DNA of 16,000 nucleotides from Ostreibacterium oceani (GTDB lineage Bacteria; Pseudomonadota; Gammaproteobacteria; Cardiobacteriales; Ostreibacteriaceae): NCBI RefSeq assembly GCF_009362845.1, contig NZ_WHNW01000015.1, positions 8,785 to 24,784 of the forward strand, read 5' to 3'. Shown piece by piece: positions 13,997 to 16,000 of this stretch (position 1 is its first letter; each line of letters starts with the position of its first letter). The notes under the pieces were generated by a model. It saw only the letters and a program-made list of their open reading frames with translations, ran no database searches and was not told where the DNA came from. The position numbers and the translations under genes were made by a program.

Positions 13997-15211
13997 TTAA
14001 GTCAACTGCTCGTCAGCACCATTCATTAACGCCATCACCGCCGCCTCAATGCGATCCAACCCCGCCTGCAATGTCGCGCGGTCAGTCGCCAGGTTAAGGC
14101 GAATAAACGATGGCACACCAAACGCCTCACCATTAGAGACCGCCACTTTATAATGCAGCAGATAATGATAAGCATCCTTGATAGGCTGCGATGCCAATAA
14201 CGCATTTAACTTACTCGCATCTACCCACGCCAAATACGTCGCCTCTAGCGCATTCATCGACAGTAACGGCATGGCATTAATGCGTGCATAACAATAGTGT
14301 GCATTCTCACGCAAATGTGTCAGCTGTGCTTGATGCCAGTCGTCACCATATTCGTAGGCGGCTTCGGTCGCGATTAACCCCAAAATATTCACCCCACCAA
14401 CCAGACCCTTGACTTGGGATACAAACGCCGTGCGAATATCAGGGTTTTCGATAATTGCAAACGCACAATTTAGCCCTGCAATGTTAAAGGTTTTACTCGC
14501 CGCCATCAACGTAATTGTGCGCTGTGAAACCGCAGGCGATAAACTCGCAATCGGGCGATAAACTGCCTCAGTATCCAGCACAAAATCGGCATGAATGTCG
14601 TCCGAGCAAATCAACAAGTCATTCGCCTCGGCAATCGCCGCAAAATTCGCCAATTCATCGGCATGATAGACCGTGCCGACAGGATTGTGTGGGTTGCAAA
14701 TCATCAGCATGCGCGTTTGTGCAGTGAGCGTTGCTTTGAGTGCCTCAAAATCAGGGGTATAGCGCCATTTTTGGTTTTTCGTCTGTTGATTTAACATCGG
14801 ATAAAACTGCATCCCTTGGCCAAGTAGCGGTGCGCCATTAATCAAATGCGGGTAAACGGGTTTGGCGGTAATCGCTTGGCTGCCTGGCTCACCCATAATC
14901 GCGCGCGCAATATTAAGCCCGCCAACCACCCCTGGGATAAAGCAAATCCACTCAGGCTTAATCTGCCAGTGGTATTTCTGGGCTGCACGCTCGACAATTA
15001 ATTTTTTTAATTTTTCGGACGTTTTGCCATAGCCTAGCACTGGATGCTGTAACCGCTGTTGCAAGGCTGCCGTAATTTCAGGCGCCACAGCATAGTCACT
15101 ATCGGCAACCCACATCGGTATGGTGTCGCTAGGGTACTGATTCCATTTTTCGCTTTCACTCGCCTGACGTGCGTTTGGTAATGCGGTAAAATCATAGGGT
15201 AATGCGTTCAT
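13997..15211 (-). CDS. PLP-dependent class I/II aminotransferase-fold C-S lyase (MalY/PatB cystathionine beta-lyase family)
   Basis: 404 aa. It has typical MalY/PatB motifs: MWVADSDY, ICNPHNPVG, SDDIHADFV, and the PLP-lysine motif AASKTFNIAGL. Confidence 0.8.
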   Translation of the reverse strand: MNALPYDFTALPNARQASESEKWNQYPSDTIPMWVADSDYAVAPEITAALQQRLQHPVLGYGKTSEKLKKLIVERAAQKYHWQIKPEWICFIPGVVGGLNIARAIMGEPGSQAITAKPVYPHLINGAPLLGQGMQFYPMLNQQTKNQKWRYTPDFEALKATLTAQTRMLMICNPHNPVGTVYHADELANFAAIAEANDLLICSDDIHADFVLDTEAVYRPIASLSPAVSQRTITLMAASKTFNIAGLNCAFAIIENPDIRTAFVSQVKGLVGGVNILGLIATEAAYEYGDDWHQAQLTHLRENAHYCYARINAMPLLSMNALEATYLAWVDASKLNALLASQPIKDAYHYLLHYKVAVSNGEAFGVPSFIRLNLATDRATLQAGLDRIEAAVMALMNGADEQLT

Positions 15212-15397
15212 TATTATTCCTCTGGCTATGCTTCAATCTATTACTTTGAGCGGCTTCGAGCGACTTTCAGCGCTTTGCATGCGTGGCGCGCTGGCTTTAT
15301 ATTTACCAACAAGGATAAACCCAGCACTGCCAATTGGCAATAGAAAACTCGGCCATTTTAAAATCACTGCCTGCGGCGGCGTTACGCTTTGTAAAGT

Positions 15398-15430
15398 GGC
15401 GCATTGTCGGCGCATCGTCAGCGCATTGTC
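15398..15430. repeat. Imperfect tandem repeat, 3 x 11 bp (GGCGCATTGTC, GGCGCATcGTC, aGCGCATTGTC)
   Basis: Read directly from the sequence. It sits in the 269-bp spacer upstream of the C-S lyase gene, ~190-220 nt from its ATG. Confidence 0.8.
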
Positions 15431-15480
15431 ACGTCAGCTCAGAAGCGCCGGCACGTTTTGCAACGGTTTTTGCTTGCGTT

Positions 15481-16000
15481 TTATGGTGTTGATTGCTTGG
15501 CCATTGCCGCTGAAAAATATCGCCACAAGATCAAGCCAATCATCATAGGGATAAAAAACTCTGTCGTCTCTTCTGTCAACTCAATCAACTGCGCGGTTTG
15601 CTGCGAGACGATGACGCCGATATCTGCTAAATTTCTAGTGAGCCCATCCAATATCTTGCTAAAGACCAACAGCCCAACAACAAATAACCCGCCCAATGCC
15701 ATAAATTCACCTTGTTTAACGGCTGAGTAAAACGTACTCATATGATGTTTGATGATAGCAACCAAACAAAAAATCAACAACCCAATCACCAATAAACCAA
15801 TCAACTTCTCAAGCATAGGCACGCTAGCATTGACATACAACTTACTCGACAAGATACCTGCGCTGGTAAATTGTTTATCAAAATCCAATTCTCGCAAAGC
15901 AAAAAAAACCATCAACAATAACCAATAATGATAGCGCTTGATATACGCCCATCGTCCTTTGACGAACATCAGCAAGACACACACAAAATAACCACTGGCT
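15481..16000 (-). CDS. Multi-pass inner-membrane protein of unknown function. The frame stays open to the window end, so it may be 5'-incomplete.
   Basis: The track ORF 15481..15984 starts at a GTG, and the frame has no stop up to position 16000. It has several hydrophobic helices (LIGLLVIGLLIFCLVAII, LGGLFVVGLLVF, FFIPMMIGLILW). I recognise no family. Confidence 0.5.
   Translation of the reverse strand, partial: ASGYFVCVLLMFVKGRWAYIKRYHYWLLLMVFFALRELDFDKQFTSAGILSSKLYVNASVPMLEKLIGLLVIGLLIFCLVAIIKHHMSTFYSAVKQGEFMALGGLFVVGLLVFSKILDGLTRNLADIGVIVSQQTAQLIELTEETTEFFIPMMIGLILWRYFSAAMAKQSTP

Noticed and set aside
15228-15548. ORFs of 60-108 aa on both strands in the spacer between the membrane-protein gene and the C-S lyase gene
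   Set aside because: They overlap one another and have Arg/Ala/Cys-rich compositions typical of out-of-frame GC-rich DNA. They have no RBS or motif, and part of their length derives from the 11-bp repeats.

Overview
This looks like a gammaproteobacterial chromosomal window, and it is mostly housekeeping genes. They are the 5' part of a pilB/gspE-family ATPase, a trpG/pabA amidotransferase, argA, a prfB-lysS operon, a cytochrome b562/b561 gene pair, sdaA, a yrdA-like gamma-carbonic-anhydrase-fold gene, a cysB-like LysR regulator, a yadG/yadH-type ABC-2 transporter, a PatB/MalY-type C-S lyase and an unknown membrane protein.

The only clearly accessory segment is about 5520-7540 on the minus strand. 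It is a degenerate, scrambled Rhs/YD polymorphic-toxin locus with no T6SS, PAAR, VgrG or mobility genes nearby. Reading along the minus strand it contains four parts:
(i) A 195-aa chimeric ORF. A LysR-type HTH remnant (aa 1-56) runs in frame into the last ~56 aa of an Rhs core (..DPIGL..DEDGL) and then an 83-aa Pro/Gly/Lys-rich, Cys-rich hydrophobic tail that I cannot assign to any toxin family.
(ii) Two tightly packed, very AT-rich small ORFs (119 aa and ~125 aa). These are candidate immunity or accessory genes.
(iii) A GC-rich YD-repeat fragment truncated at both ends. It stops just after the YYxxDHLGTP motif that opens the Rhs core.
The two Rhs pieces are therefore in permuted order.

Separately, several unrelated short tandem repeats sit in intergenic DNA. 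Three have an 11-bp period: 5.6 copies upstream of cytochrome b562, 3 copies across its stop codon, and 3 imperfect copies upstream of the C-S lyase. There are also 13-bp and 19-bp tandem duplications at the two edges of the Rhs island.

prfB has no programmed +1 frameshift site. I saw no tRNA, rRNA, CRISPR array, IS element or integrase. All protein-family calls come from my own reading of the translated ORFs. No database search was run.
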